A stretch of 64,000 bases of DNA from NCBI GenBank assembly GCA_013265495.1, contig MU058824.1:620001-684000 (forward strand), given 5' to 3'. This DNA comes from Vicugna vicugna. Taxonomy: Eukaryota. The notes under the pieces were generated by a model, which made no database searches, had not been told where the DNA came from, and was given only the letters and a program-made list of their open reading frames with translations. The position numbers were made by a program, and so were the translations under genes. Of this stretch, positions 12,225 through 24,048 are shown piece after piece. Every line of letters starts with the position of its first letter. The stretch's first letter is position 1.

Positions 12225-12820
12225 CTTTTGAGGTATAATTTAGACACAATAAAATGCACACATTTTTAGTGTACAATTTGATGATTTTTCACAGACATAT
12301 AAATATATATACCCATATGACCACCACCCAGATCAAAATATAGAATATTTCTATCACCCCAGAAAGTTCCGCGTGTCCCCTGGCAATCAATAGCCGCAAT
12401 CCCCACATCCTACCAGAGAGAGCCATATTTTCACCTGGTTTCGATTTGGTTTTGCCTGTTCTTAAACTTCTTGTAAATGGAATAATACATTATGCAGCTT
12501 TTGGGTCTGGATTATTTTGGTCAACATCATATTTCTGAAATTCATTCATGTTGTTGTATGTATCAGTAAGTTTTCGTTAAATTTTTGGATAATATTCCAT
12601 TCTATGACTATACCACCATTTGTGTATCTCTTCTTTTGTTAGACATTTGGGTTATTCACAGTTTTCACTATTAAGAATAAAGTGGTTCTGAACAACCTTC
12701 AGGATTGTCAGGATATGTGCATCTTTAACTTTTCATGATTTTGCCAAATTTCTCTTCAAAGTAGTTGCATTAATTTACATTTCGATGAGCAGTGCTTGAG
12801 AGTTGCACATTCTCTTTTTC
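12225..12820 (-). mobile_element. L1 (L1MB/ME) 3' end
   Basis: 'ttgaggtataattt...aaaatgcacacattttagtgtacaatttgatg', 'accaccacccagatcaaaatatagaatatttc'. Confidence 0.85.
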
Positions 12821-13684
12821 ATCCGCCATTATAAACTAAACAAATAAGCAGACCTTTTTAATGGGAAGAGCAAAACTAAGCCTGGGGGAATGTGGTAAAA
12901 CCAAGTCTCATCTAGTCCAGCTTCCAACCCGAGAAAGACACACAGAGAGGAACAGCTGATCTTTGGGTCAGTAATATTCTTAGTGTCTGTGTGTGTTTGG
13001 GTTGCAAGCCAGGGAGGAGTGTGGGAGACAGAGTGAGGAGTGTGGAAAGCCAGTCTCAGGAAAGGGATACAGACAATAGATAAGAGGTCAGATTCCCCCA
13101 GCTAACTGGTGAGGATCCCAGCTCCTTCGGGAAACCAGAGGATCTTGGGTAGAAGGGGTAGATTCCTGAATCAGCTATGTGCTGAATGCTTAGATGATTC
13201 AGGTTTCATTTGATGTTTACACTAGCGTTAAGGCTGCTGTTGCATTGCCTTTCTGGGCACACAGGATAGGAAGCTCATAATGTGCCACTAAACCTGGGCT
13301 GACTTGAACTTCAAGTGGAAGAACTTAGACAGAGTTGATACAGGCATGGGTGCCAGTACCCCAAATCCAAGTGCATAGTTGAACGTAATCCTGGGGCACG
13401 GTTTACGTGTTTGTTTTCTAGGCAGGAAGCTGTCTTAGTGCATGGGGGAAGCTGGGTCTATAAATGTATGATCCAGGTAGGAGCTGCTTGCCAAGACGGT
13501 GGGGCCATCTGAACTAAGTAGCTGTTACTGGGTCCTAATAACAACAGTGACAATGAGGCCAGGTTTTCAGGGATAAACCCCCATACAGGTTATTCACCTT
13601 GGTCTGTTCCATGGTCAGAATCTGGGTCCTCAAGCCTCTCTGGGTGATGCAAAAGTTTGTTACTGAAGACACAGATGACAGAGT

Positions 13685-13890
13685 TCAGCTTCCAAAATAT
13701 ATCTTGAATTTTTTTTGCCTCTTTTCACTTTTATTGCCATCACTTTGGTTGAAGCCACCATGATACAGAGTCGTCTGTATATTCCAACAGCCTCTTTACT
13801 GGTCTCCTCCTATCAATTTCTGCCCCACTCATATTCATTCCAAATAGCATTACTCATCTGACCATTTTATTCCTTTTCTTAAAATCATGT
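13685..13890 (+). mobile_element. L2 fragment
   Basis: 'ccaaaatatatcttgaat', 'aacagcctctttactggtctcc'. Confidence 0.6.
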
Positions 13891-13959
13891 TGAAATTTCA
13901 GGAGTATATGTTTGAACGTAGATAATGTGGATACTAGAAAATGTGCCAATTAGGTAGGT

Positions 13960-14115
13960 AAAAGTCTCAGGTTCTAATCTTGGCACAACCACTCATTAGC
14001 TGTATGACTGGGCAGTCCTTTCCATGCCCCTCAGGTCTTGGTTTTGTCATCTGTAAATAAAAGGATTGGACCAAACTAGGAAGTCTCTATGGGCCATTGT
14101 AGGTCTGACATTCTG
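13960..14115 (+). mobile_element. MIR
   Basis: 'ggttctaatcttggc...agctgtatgactgggcagtc...tcatctgtaaataaaagg'. Confidence 0.7.
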
Positions 14116-14589
14116 TGATACTTTGTGGGGCTGATTCAGAGGATTTTCCTTTAGTTCTTGCCTGGGATGGAGAGAGGTGAGACCCTGGGATCGTATTTCA
14201 GTCAGGTCTCCTATCTTTCTTCTCAAAGATGGCATCTTTGAAGTTTTCAGACAGTGCCCATACACTGAGCATAAACCATATGAAAATGTTTCAGGAGAAT
14301 TTCCTCATTTCAGCAATATGCCTCGAGGACTGAGAGTTCCCTGTGGTTTCACGTTGCTGATGCGGGCCATTTTCAGCATTTTCACTGTGCTTCACTGCAT
14401 ACTTTATCTTAGGGTTGTGTGGATTCTTAGAAGTCACCCAATCCAGGCCTGTTGGTAGAAGGTGAGTTCATAAGCTCCACACAGTGCTTCTGTCATCCTT
14501 GTAGAATTCTGATGGAGTGGTGGATGTGCACATACACATTTGTCCAGTTATGTTTTTGGAATGTAAGTTTCATGACACAGAACAATACA

Positions 14590-14751
14590 CACATGTTGTA
14601 CAAATGTCAGTTTCCTGGTTTTGATATTGTACTGTAATCACGTGGGATACAACCATTAGGGGAAACTGGGTGAGGGATATGTGGTACTTCTCTGTTCTAT
14701 CTTTGCAATTTCCTATGAATATTTAATTATTTCAAAATTATTAAAAAAAAA
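14590..14751 (+). mobile_element. L1MC/MD 3' terminus with poly(A)
   Basis: 'tttcctggttttgatattgtact...ggggaaactgggtgagggatat...ttatttcaaaattattaaaaaaaaa'. Confidence 0.8.
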
Positions 14752-15274
14752 GTCTTTACAAGGTAGTTAGCAGGACTCCCTAGGGCTGATTCCATAATGT
14801 CTTTCACAATTGTCTGAGTTGGGACTTTTTCTTCCTAAAGCAAAAATGTAGATTACCTGACGATGCAATGGCTTTTCATAATTTTGGCTATGAAGTCTGT
14901 TTCCAAGGAATTTTCAGTTTAAGTCTCAACCCACACATTCAGTGGTCTGTGTGTTTATGTTGTGTTTGATCAGCACCAAGGCCAGCCTTAGCAATAGCAC
15001 GGTGTGGGCTGATCTTTCTGGGTCCTTGTATTCCATGCCAGGTCCTACCTTTCTTTTTTACATTTCTAGGTTGAGCCCTCTGTAGCTCTGTGCAGACAGA
15101 GGGCTTTGGAGTGTCCTGGTCAATGTCCCTCTCAGGCCTCTGAGGAAAGAATCCCCAAATGACCACTGACCTTGTCTCACCCTGCAAATCCTGGTGGTCA
15201 TATAGGGATTCAGTCAATCTAGAATCCATTCTTCTCTGTATCAGGGTGGAGAGTGTTAAAGAATGAGGAGAGGG

Positions 15275-15791
15275 TGCTGAAGGGAAAGGGAAAGATTAAT
15301 GGCCCCTTAAAAATGTCCATGTCCTCATCCCCAGAACCCGTGACTACATTAGGTTATGTGGCAAAGAGGAATTAAGATTGCAGGTGGAATTCAGGTTGCT
15401 AATCAGCTGACCTTAAAAAAGAGAGGTTATCCTGGGTTATTCTGGTTGGCCCAGTGTAATCACAGTGGTTTTCAAAGGTGGAGAGGGAGGCAGGAGAGGA
15501 GAGTCTGGGAAAAAGATGTGATGAAGGAAGCAGGATCAGTGTTGCTGTGTTGCTGGCTTTGGAGATGCAGGAGGGATCCATGAGTCAATGAGTGTGGCTG
15601 GCCTCTAGAAGATGGGAAAAACAAGTAAATGAATTCTCTCCAAAACTTTCAGAGTGGGATGCACCTTGAACTTAGTCTAGTGAGACCCATGTAAGATGTC
15701 TGACCCATAGAACAGTAAAATAATAGATTTGTGTTGTTCTAAACCACTGACATCGCAGTTATGGGTTACATTGCAGTAGAATACCAATACA
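15275..15791 (+). mobile_element. MLT1D-like MaLR solo LTR
   Basis: 'aatggccccttaaaaatgtccatgtcctcatccccagaacc', 'ggttgctaatcagctgacctt', ends 'aataca'. Confidence 0.85.
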
Positions 15792-16134
15792 ATGGAGAAC
15801 TAAGGTACTGCTGCGGTACATAATGTCTCAGGGTAAGAACTGATGGGAGGATGCCTGGGGCTCTGGAATCAGAGAGGAGAGTCTGGGGGCTGGGTGGAGT
15901 GAAATCTGAGACAGGAGGTAGTCATTGGGAAGGACAAGTAACCCAAGGTTTAGGAGCCTGGTCTTAGAAAAAAGGACAATGCTATCAGGAGGGACTGAGT
16001 TAAGAATCAGGAAAGGAGACAGGTTCAACTCAAGCAGACAGAGAAGCAGTTTTGGGGACTTAGATTACACTGTGAGACTTGGATGGGGAAAGTATATGTG
16101 GAAACTATTCTATTAGGCTGGGTAACAGAAAAAA

Positions 16135-16270
16135 AGAGCACAGGGCTAGGAATCAGGATGTCTGGATGGTAGTCATTTTGCTATCTGAGCTGTTTGACAC
16201 AAACATCCTGGGCTTCAGTCTTCCCATATGTAAGATGAGGGGCTCAGAGTCTCAGGATTGCTTCCCAGAT
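16135..16270 (+). mobile_element. MIR fragment
   Basis: 'gggcttcagtcttcccatatgtaagatgaggggc'. Confidence 0.55.
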
Positions 16271-17994
16271 TCAAATAAAAATTACACAGTTTGATAATGA
16301 GCTTAGTGAGCTCTTTAGGAGTCACCTGACTGTGCTCATAGCATTTCAGCTCACTATGTCACTGTCAGTGTTTTCTGACACAGCTCAGTGCAGTGCATGT
16401 ACGTGGCAGTAGAATATGGCTTCCCCCTTAGCAGAATAACTTTGCTCCACTTGTGAGTGTTTATTGTGTTACTTCAACATCGAAATACTGACCTCAGCAA
16501 ACACAGGTCTCCCCACAATCGAAGTATTTTGTATTTACAGAGTTGTATGTACGTGATGGTTTTCATGGGACAAGTTCAAAGTCTTCACAAACTGCCATCT
16601 CTGATTCCTTTTGGGGTAGGCAGGGAGTAGGCATTTTGAAGTTGTCCAGATAAAGAAACAGGGATATTGATCCCCAAATCTCTCTTAATTCTTAAGCATT
16701 AAGTATTCCAAAATCCTGAAATACTGAATTCAGTAAAAATGTCTTTGCATTCTGTTTGATTTTGTACACTTTTCAGTTTCTCACAAACCTTTTACTGACA
16801 GAGCATCGTAGCATCTGCCAGTGATAGGGCAACCAGAGGGTTTGGCAGCTTGTGGGTGGGAGTTTCAGGGTTTGGGGACTTGGCGGCAGTTAGATTGGGC
16901 TGTTGGTGTGGGAGGATGGAACTGTGTATTGATGATGGTCTTGGCTTTTTCTAAATCACAATTGCATCATATGAGATAGCTGAATTTATGTTGAGCTTTA
17001 CAAAAGCCTCCTGGGAAAAGGGCAAAACTGGTTTTAGTGCGTAAGAAATTTATTTATGGCAATTATGGTACCAAACTGAGACTGGAGACTGTTGAGAATC
17101 TGGACCACTTTCTGGTGGAGGAAAAAAAAACCCTATTTTACTTTTTTAAGTAGGAATCGTATAGTGGAATCACTTTGTAGTTACAGTGATTTTTGAGTCT
17201 TTTTGTCCTTTCCATAGGATGACAGGCTGGATATTCTTGTTATACTATTTCAGATAAGGATGGCTTCTGAAAAGAAATATGGAAGGAAAAAAAGAGAGTG
17301 GAAATCAAATGGCCAGCTCCCAGGGAGGTAGTTTGAGGATGTCAGAGTATGGCTGGCCAGTCTTCTTATGACTCGTCTGCACAGCAGAGCCATATGACTG
17401 GTCCTCCTGGAAACACAGGGTCACAGCTTTTCTGTAGCATTAAGATGACTCACAGAGAAGGGGCTGTAGGTCCCATCACAGGTTTATCTCATGTGCAAAA
17501 ATATAACTTATGTCTTTCATTTGATTTGTTTTTTTTTCATTTAATTTGATTTTTTAACTTCTGGTGCCCTGATTTCTAGTGCTAGAATGTCATGGAAAAG
17601 AAATTGTACTAAATATTCTTTTTTAAATTAGAAGATTAGAAAACTAGAGGATCTCCATCATCCTTGCACATTGTGCTCTTAAATGGGTTATTTTGGCAAA
17701 GGTTTGACAAGGGTACTTCCACTACAGTGTGGCATGATGTAATCTATCTATGGATAACACAGTTGGGATAGATTAAGCACTTTAAACTTTTTTCCAGTCA
17801 CTTCTTTCTACTAAACTCTGTAGAATCTTCTTTTCCCTTCCTTTAATGGCATCTTAAGTAAATAACAGAATATTCTGATCATTTTTGATGTATAAGCTCA
17901 GTCCAATACAACTTAGAACTCCAGGATCACATCCAATTAAAAACTTTTCTCCTAACCATTGGACCCAAAAAGTGAGTTGGAAGAGGGGTTGGAG

Positions 17995-18062
17995 AAAGAT
18001 AGAGGGAAAGAAGGAGAGGGAAATAGAAAGAGAGACAGAGACAGGAAGAGAGACACAGAGAG
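17995..18062. repeat. GA-rich purine tract
   Basis: 'gagagacagagacaggaagagagacacagagaga'. Confidence 0.8.
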
Positions 18063-19424
18063 ATTCTAAGATAATCTCTTTTTCTCTGTCATGTAGATCA
18101 CCTAGTACTGGGGCAAGGGGTGCTTGGATAGAGGAGGTAGCAATAGTCTTATATACTTGACCACCTGCCAGTTGTGAGAAGGAGTCCATACTCTGGTCAC
18201 TTCAGTTTTGTCTGTTTCTGGCAGCCTCAGCTGATGTCTCTACATGATGTTTTCTTGTTCAGGCCAGCCTGGTCCATTCTGTCGATAAGGACTTCCTTAG
18301 AAAGGGCAGCCCTCCTGTGGTCCATACCTCTAGTCCTCTCTCTGATAGAGTGTCAACTCATTTGTCCTGGGTATCTGGATAGCCCTTTCAGTCTGTCCCT
18401 CCTTTGTTCTGGACTGCTGGAAACCACTGAGGCTTTCTTCCATACATTCTGTCCTGAAACTCGGGTGGAGGTGCCACACATCCTCTCTTCCCAGATAACT
18501 GCCCTGTACTTTCTCAGTGTGCTGCTGCAGGGCTACTCCAGGAAGCCTCTTGCCTTCAGAAATCTACAGTGAGAAGTGGGCACAAGTCTGGGTGTTCAGT
18601 TACATGCCCTGGTCCTCAGGCCAAGCCCTCCCTAGAGCTCTCACCAGGCTTCCCTCTGCTGTACTCAGGGCACAGTGGGATGCCAGCAGCCTCCCTTTCC
18701 TGCAGTTACTCCCAGCTCTACAAGAAGTTCTTTTGGAGCAGCACATCCCTGCTTCCTCCAACAAACTTGGCATCTTAGGATAGGGAAAAGACAGTTTCCC
18801 CGTGGTAAGTATTGCACTGTCTGCAGGGCTGGGGACTGTGATCACTCTTCCCCTGTGCAGGCTTCTTACACTGGCTGGAAAGAGGTGTGAGGGTCGGGTT
18901 GCTGGCTCCCAGTCAATGTCAGTTTTGGCTACTAGCAGGCCTGAGAGAAGGTGTCTGTTGCTTTCAGTATGGAGACTCAGTGCCTGTAGATTCCACCTGC
19001 CTGTGGATTTCACCTGTGGAGCCTCATGCCAGTTCTGGGCCGTAGGGAAAGTTCCACTCAACATCCTGGCATACTAATGTTTGGTCTTACGAAGGACTGT
19101 ATTCTTCTGTCAGCCAGTGGCCTTCCAGTGTTACGTAATGGTGTGGCATTCTGTCTTTGTTTGTTTGTTTGTTTTCGGTGTTTTGGGTTTTGTAACTGTC
19201 AATTCATATTCCTAAAAAAGTCATAGAAAATCATGATTTATAAAAAAAAATATAAAGCTCTGATTACTTCAGTAGTGTCTTGCTCCCCAGGAAGTATTTG
19301 ATTTTCCTGGCTAGATGCTGTAAATACAGTAGGATTTTATATTTATGTTGTTTGTTATAATAGGGATTTATTCTGTAGGTCAAATCACAGTCTTCACGAC
19401 ATGTTCCACGTAATAAAAGCCCAG

Positions 19425-19640
19425 AGAGGCAGTAGAGTGTGTGTTGGAGTCAAATCAACTTGGCTAGAATCAGCAGCTATGTGAGGCTGGTGAGTCACTT
19501 AACATCTTCCTCACAGGCAAAATAAAAATACTACTACCTACCCACATGAGAGGGTTATGAAGACTCTACTGAATAATGCATGTAAAGCATTTATGATTGC
19601 CTGGATCAGATATGATAGGGTTAGCTACTTCTATTATTTT
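19425..19640 (+). mobile_element. MIR
   Basis: 'ttggagtcaaa...agtcacttaac...ctacctacccacatgagagggttatg...atgcatgtaaagca'. Confidence 0.65.
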
Positions 19641-20249
19641 TATGGGCTAGATAATGCCATGTTATCTATATGATTCCACTATAATTTGAATAAAAACATA
19701 TTAGATTGGGCTGGAGAGGAGGCCAACACTGAGAATTCTGCTAGGTATAAAGAAGTTTAGCATATATTATGTTAACAGGAAAAGGAGTCAAGTTTAGAAG
19801 AATAGACAGCAGAGTTTAGGGACTCCATCTAAAAGATCAGGAGATACAAGATCCGGGAGTAAGGTCAAAGAGTGTGGAGAACTAAAACTTAGGCACCGCA
19901 GCAAGGATAAAGCTTGGTAGTTATGGATTCGAAAGATACAGTCCAGAACACATCTCAGATAGCGGGCAACTTGGGATTGTAGATTGGGACAAATCAGGAC
20001 TCTGACAGCAGTACCTCCTGGGGGATGAGGGAAGGTAATTCCCTATGGCATCTTTCTTTTTGCCAGAGGGGTCCTTAAATATTTTTCCCTATGATCAGCA
20101 GGTCTCACTTCCTCTGTTAGTTTCTTTTCTATTAACTCTGGTAAGGGTGAAGTAGAATTTAGCATTAAGATAGATGATTGCTAATTGGGTTGGAAAAAAT
20201 AATCTCATTTAAAATTTCTACTTTTCGATCATAAGTGGAGTTTAACATA

Positions 20250-20690
20250 CAATCCCTTATATGTTAGCTGTTTGCACTTCTCCATTTTGAATTATCTACT
20301 CATGCCATTTGTAGTTTGTTTACTGAAACTTCAGGGTTTTTCTTATTAATCTGTGCATGATCTTGATATATTGACTTTGTCAGTCTTACTTGTTGTATTT
20401 TTCTCTGCTTGTATTGACCTCTTTTAAAAACTTATTATGATAAATTTCAAATGTCTATTTAAAAAAACCCGGACTATAATAACCACCCATATACCCATCA
20501 CCTAGCTTCAATACTTATCAATTTCTGCCATTCTTGCTCATCTAGCTCCACCCACTCCCCATGTACTTCCACCCACTCCTCCCCACTTGAGGTTGTTGTT
20601 ATTTTTTTATAGTTTTTAAATTTTTAGGTAAAGTATATATACATATGTATGAGTCTTAACTGTTCAATTTGTATAAATGGGTGCACTTAA
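20250..20690 (-). mobile_element. Old L1 3' fragments (L1MC-like)
   Basis: 'aaatttcaaa...cccatatacccatcacctagcttcaata'. Confidence 0.6.
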
Positions 20691-21144
20691 AACATTGACA
20701 GGGCTAAGCATCACTGCCCAGAGACTCTTGAGGGAGAAGGGATAACCCCCACTGCCACTGCCACCCTTAGACAAAGCAGACAGAGGTGTCTGAGACACCA
20801 AGCAGGTGTCTCACATCCTGAGTCTGAGAATGACCGAGCCAGTGCTGCATAAAGTCACACCACCCAAGGAAGCAGGGGATCAACGCGACTTGGGTTTGTC
20901 TTGGCTGGGACAGTGCCTGCGTCAAGAAACAGGTTCTTAAGTAAACCCGGATTTTGACTAGAGGCCTTGGGGTCTGGAGAAGGCCACCTCCTGCTCTTCC
21001 CCCAACTGCAGGTTCATTTCCTTCTTTCACTGTCTCTGAAAAGCATATCCTTTTGGGAGAATGTCAAGATGGGGGCAGGGTATGCCAGACAGATACACCA
21101 AGCTTGGTAGAATGGGGTCAGTTTGCACTTTTAGGGTATATAGA

Positions 21145-21903
21145 ATCAGCAAAATGAAAAGGCAGCCTATGGAGTGGGAGAAGATATTTGCAAACTATGT
21201 ATCTGATAAGGGGTTAATATCCCTAAAATATGAGGAGCTCTTACAACTCAATAGCAAAAAAAAAAAAAAACCAAAAAAAAACCTCGATTAAAAAATGGAC
21301 TAAGGACTAAACAGACATTTTTCCAAAGAAGACACATAAATGGCCCATAGGTACATAAAAAGATGCTCAGTGTCACTAATCATCATGGCAATACAAATCA
21401 AAACCTCAATGAGATATCACCTTACACCTGCTGGGATGGCAGTTATCAAAAAGTTAAATGAGAACAAATGTTTGCAAGAATGTGCAGAAAGGGAATCCTT
21501 GTGCATTGTTGGTGGGAATGTAAATTGGTACAGTCACTATGGAAAATAGTGTATAGGTTCTTCAAAAGATTAAAAATACAACTATCATATGATAAACTTA
21601 ACTGTATATAACTGAAGGAGATGAAGTCGGTATCTCAAAGAGATATATGCACTCCCACATTCACTGCATTATTCACATTCATCATTATTCAATAGCCAAG
21701 ATATGGAAACAACAAAATGTTTGTTGATTGATGAATGGATAAAGAAAATGTACACTTAATGGAATATTATTCAGCCTTAATTAAGAAGGAGTGAATTCCT
21801 GTCCTTTGCAGCAACGTGGGTGAAACTGGAGGATATTACACTAAATGAAATAAGCCAGACACAGAAAGACAAATATTTCATGATCTCACTTATGTGTGGA
21901 ATC

Positions 21904-21934
<31 letters not shown>

Positions 21935-22020
21935 CACAAAAAGCTACACTTGTATTAACAGGGAGTAGAATGGTGGTTAACAGAGGCTGGGGGGGTGGGT
22001 GGGATGGAGAAGGGAGATTG
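21145..22020 (+). mobile_element. L1 (L1MA9/L1MB-like) ORF2 C-terminus and 3' UTR
   Basis: ORF-track peptides MKRQPMEWEKIFANYVSDKGLIS and [15 protein letters not shown] are from the L1 ORF2p C-terminus; (CAAAA)n at ~21906-21935. Confidence 0.92.
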
Positions 22021-22039
22021 AAAAAAAAAGGAAAAGAGG

Positions 22040-22265
22040 AAAGTGGTGGTTGCCAGGGGCTGTTGAGAGAGGGTCATGGGCAGTTATTTTTTAATGAGTA
22101 TAGTTTCAGAGCTGCAAGATGAAAAGAGTAATGGAGATGGATGATGGTGACGGCTGTACGACAGCATGAATGCACTTAATACCACTGAGCTGTATACTGA
22201 AAAATAGTTAAGATAATAAATTTATGTTATATATATTTTACCACAATAAAAAATTGAAAGAAAAA
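22040..22265 (+). mobile_element. L1MB 3' terminus
   Basis: 'ggttgccaggggctg...ggagatggatgatggtgacggctgtac...ttttaccacaataaaaaa'. Confidence 0.85.
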
Positions 22266-22339
22266 ATAGTAAAAAAAAGTGTAGAAACATAAAACGAGGT
22301 GTCAGATATTGCAGATATTAAGCAGATAGCAATACGATA

Positions 22340-22790
22340 CGATGGAAAACAGTTTGGTGGTTCCTCAGAAAGTTAAACATACAGTGGGGAGGGGCTAGCT
22401 CAGTGGTAGAGTGTCTGCCTAGCATGCTTGAGGTCCTGGGTTGAATCCCCAGTACCTCCATTAAAAATAAATAAACAAACCTAATTACTTCCCCCCACCA
22501 AAATAATAGTAATAATAAATAAAAGGGACAAAGAAAGTTAAACATAGAATTACCATATGATCTAGCAATTCCACTCCTAAGTACACACCAAAAATAATTA
22601 AAAACAGGGACTCAAACAGATATGTGTACACCAATGTTCATAGCAGCATTGTTAACAGTAGCCAAAAGGTGGAAACAATCCAAATGTCCATCAACAGATG
22701 AACAGATAAATAAAATGTAATATGTACATAAAATGGAATATTCAGGCATAAAAAGGAATGAAATTCTGACACATGCTATGCATGAGATAC
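22340..22790 (+). mobile_element. L1MB 3' fragment interrupted by a SINE
   Basis: 'atggaaaacagtttggtggttcctcagaaagttaaacata...gaattaccatatgatctagcaattccactcct'. Confidence 0.85.
22386..22531 (+). mobile_element. tRNA(Ala)-derived camelid SINE (vic-1 type)
   Basis: A box tagctcagtgg (22396-22406), B-box-like gttgaatcc (22440-22448), body 'aaacctaattacttcccccc', A-rich tail, exact 15-bp TSD agaaagttaaacata (22367-22381 / 22532-22546). Confidence 0.88.
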
Positions 22791-24004
22791 AGATACAAAT
22801 TTATCATGGTGTTGTTTGTTGTGCATTCTTTCTTTTCTGCACCGATTAGTGATTGTTACTATACATTAAACATATATAATAAGTCCTGTTTTGTGTGAAT
22901 TCTGTTACTGATTTCAGAATATCAAAGGGACTTTTGCCTCATTATGCTTTTGCGTATGGAAATGTGGATGCTGAGCTTCTGGCTGTGTATTTACCTAAGA
23001 CATCTCTTTTGGGTATCATGGTTATCCCACGTTAGTGTAAACTCAGTGTTTTTAGAATGTAATTATCAAGTGATGCTCTAGCTCATTCACATTTATTTAT
23101 GAGTCTTTTCACACATGGCCAAAGCTCAACATCACTGGTGTTGACAAGAAACAATACGTAATATCTTCAGTTTCATTAGGAGAGAGAGATGAATTAAAAA
23201 AGAAAATCTGCTTCTATACCATTTGTAGAGCCATTAGTTGTTATTATGTCACATTTATTCTTATAAGTAATGCCCTTCTGCGCTATCCTTCCAGCTGGGC
23301 TGGTGGCTGTTCATTCAGCAAATTTAATTTTCCAAGTGAGAAAAGTTGCCCTCGCATCAAGCTCATGAATATAATATCTGGTGGTGAATATAATTCTTGC
23401 ATTATCAGCCTCATTCATCACACTAAGGCAAGTGGTCAGAACTGTGAGATTGAACATGGCAAAGACTGGTAAAGATTCCTCTAGCTTAACTTCATTAATC
23501 GATTTTGTTTCTTTACTTTAAAAATGATATGTCTATCTACATATGGGACTGTATTTAGAAGGTCTATATGTTCAATATTAAGCCACTTCAGATTTTTTTT
23601 TAGGATCCTTTAATCAAAACCATTAATTAATTGTCCATTTGAGTATGCTCGTCTCTGGGCTGTTTGCCCAATGGTACTGCATCTGAGTTTAGTAACTGTT
23701 AGATTGTGCTGCAGGGGGTGGGGAGGTTCAGGCCCATGGAGGGGGGACTCAGGGACTGTCATGCCTTTTTTGGGATTTGACCATCCTAGCCAGTTTCAAT
23801 CTCTGTTTGGGTTCTTTTTCTCTTACGTCTAAGGAATCCAAAGAAACATAGTCCCACTATTTCTTGCTACTGAGTAAAGCATCAAAACATAGTTGATTGT
23901 TTCTTAAATTATTCTGAGCTTCCTTATGTTCCTGGTGTTGTGTGCACTTATTTTTCTGGACTTGACCAGCTGACCGAACCATTCTCCCGCTTCTTTTGTT
24001 CCAG

Positions 24005-24048
24005 CAAAAGAAGCGGAATACTAGACAGAAGCAGGAATCTCAGTCTCA
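24005..24048 (+). other. Candidate 44-nt exon (unverified)
   Basis: Branch-like ctgac (23970-23974), pyrimidine tract, ttccag| acceptor, TCA|gtgagt donor; two open frames (QKKRNTRQKQESQS or KRSGILDRSRNLSL). Confidence 0.25.

Noticed and set aside
14223..14467. 19-bp palindrome TCAAAGATG-G-CATCTTTGA and a downstream AAG|gtgagt donor
   Set aside because: Several alternative acceptors, no coherent frame, and the palindrome length is near chance expectation.
21061..21549. ORFs with real protein similarity
   Set aside because: They are L1 ORF2p C-terminal remnants with stops and frameshifts, not host genes.
22386..22460. tRNA-Ala-like sequence
   Set aside because: It is a SINE head with a tail, a TSD and a mutated B box, not a tRNA gene.
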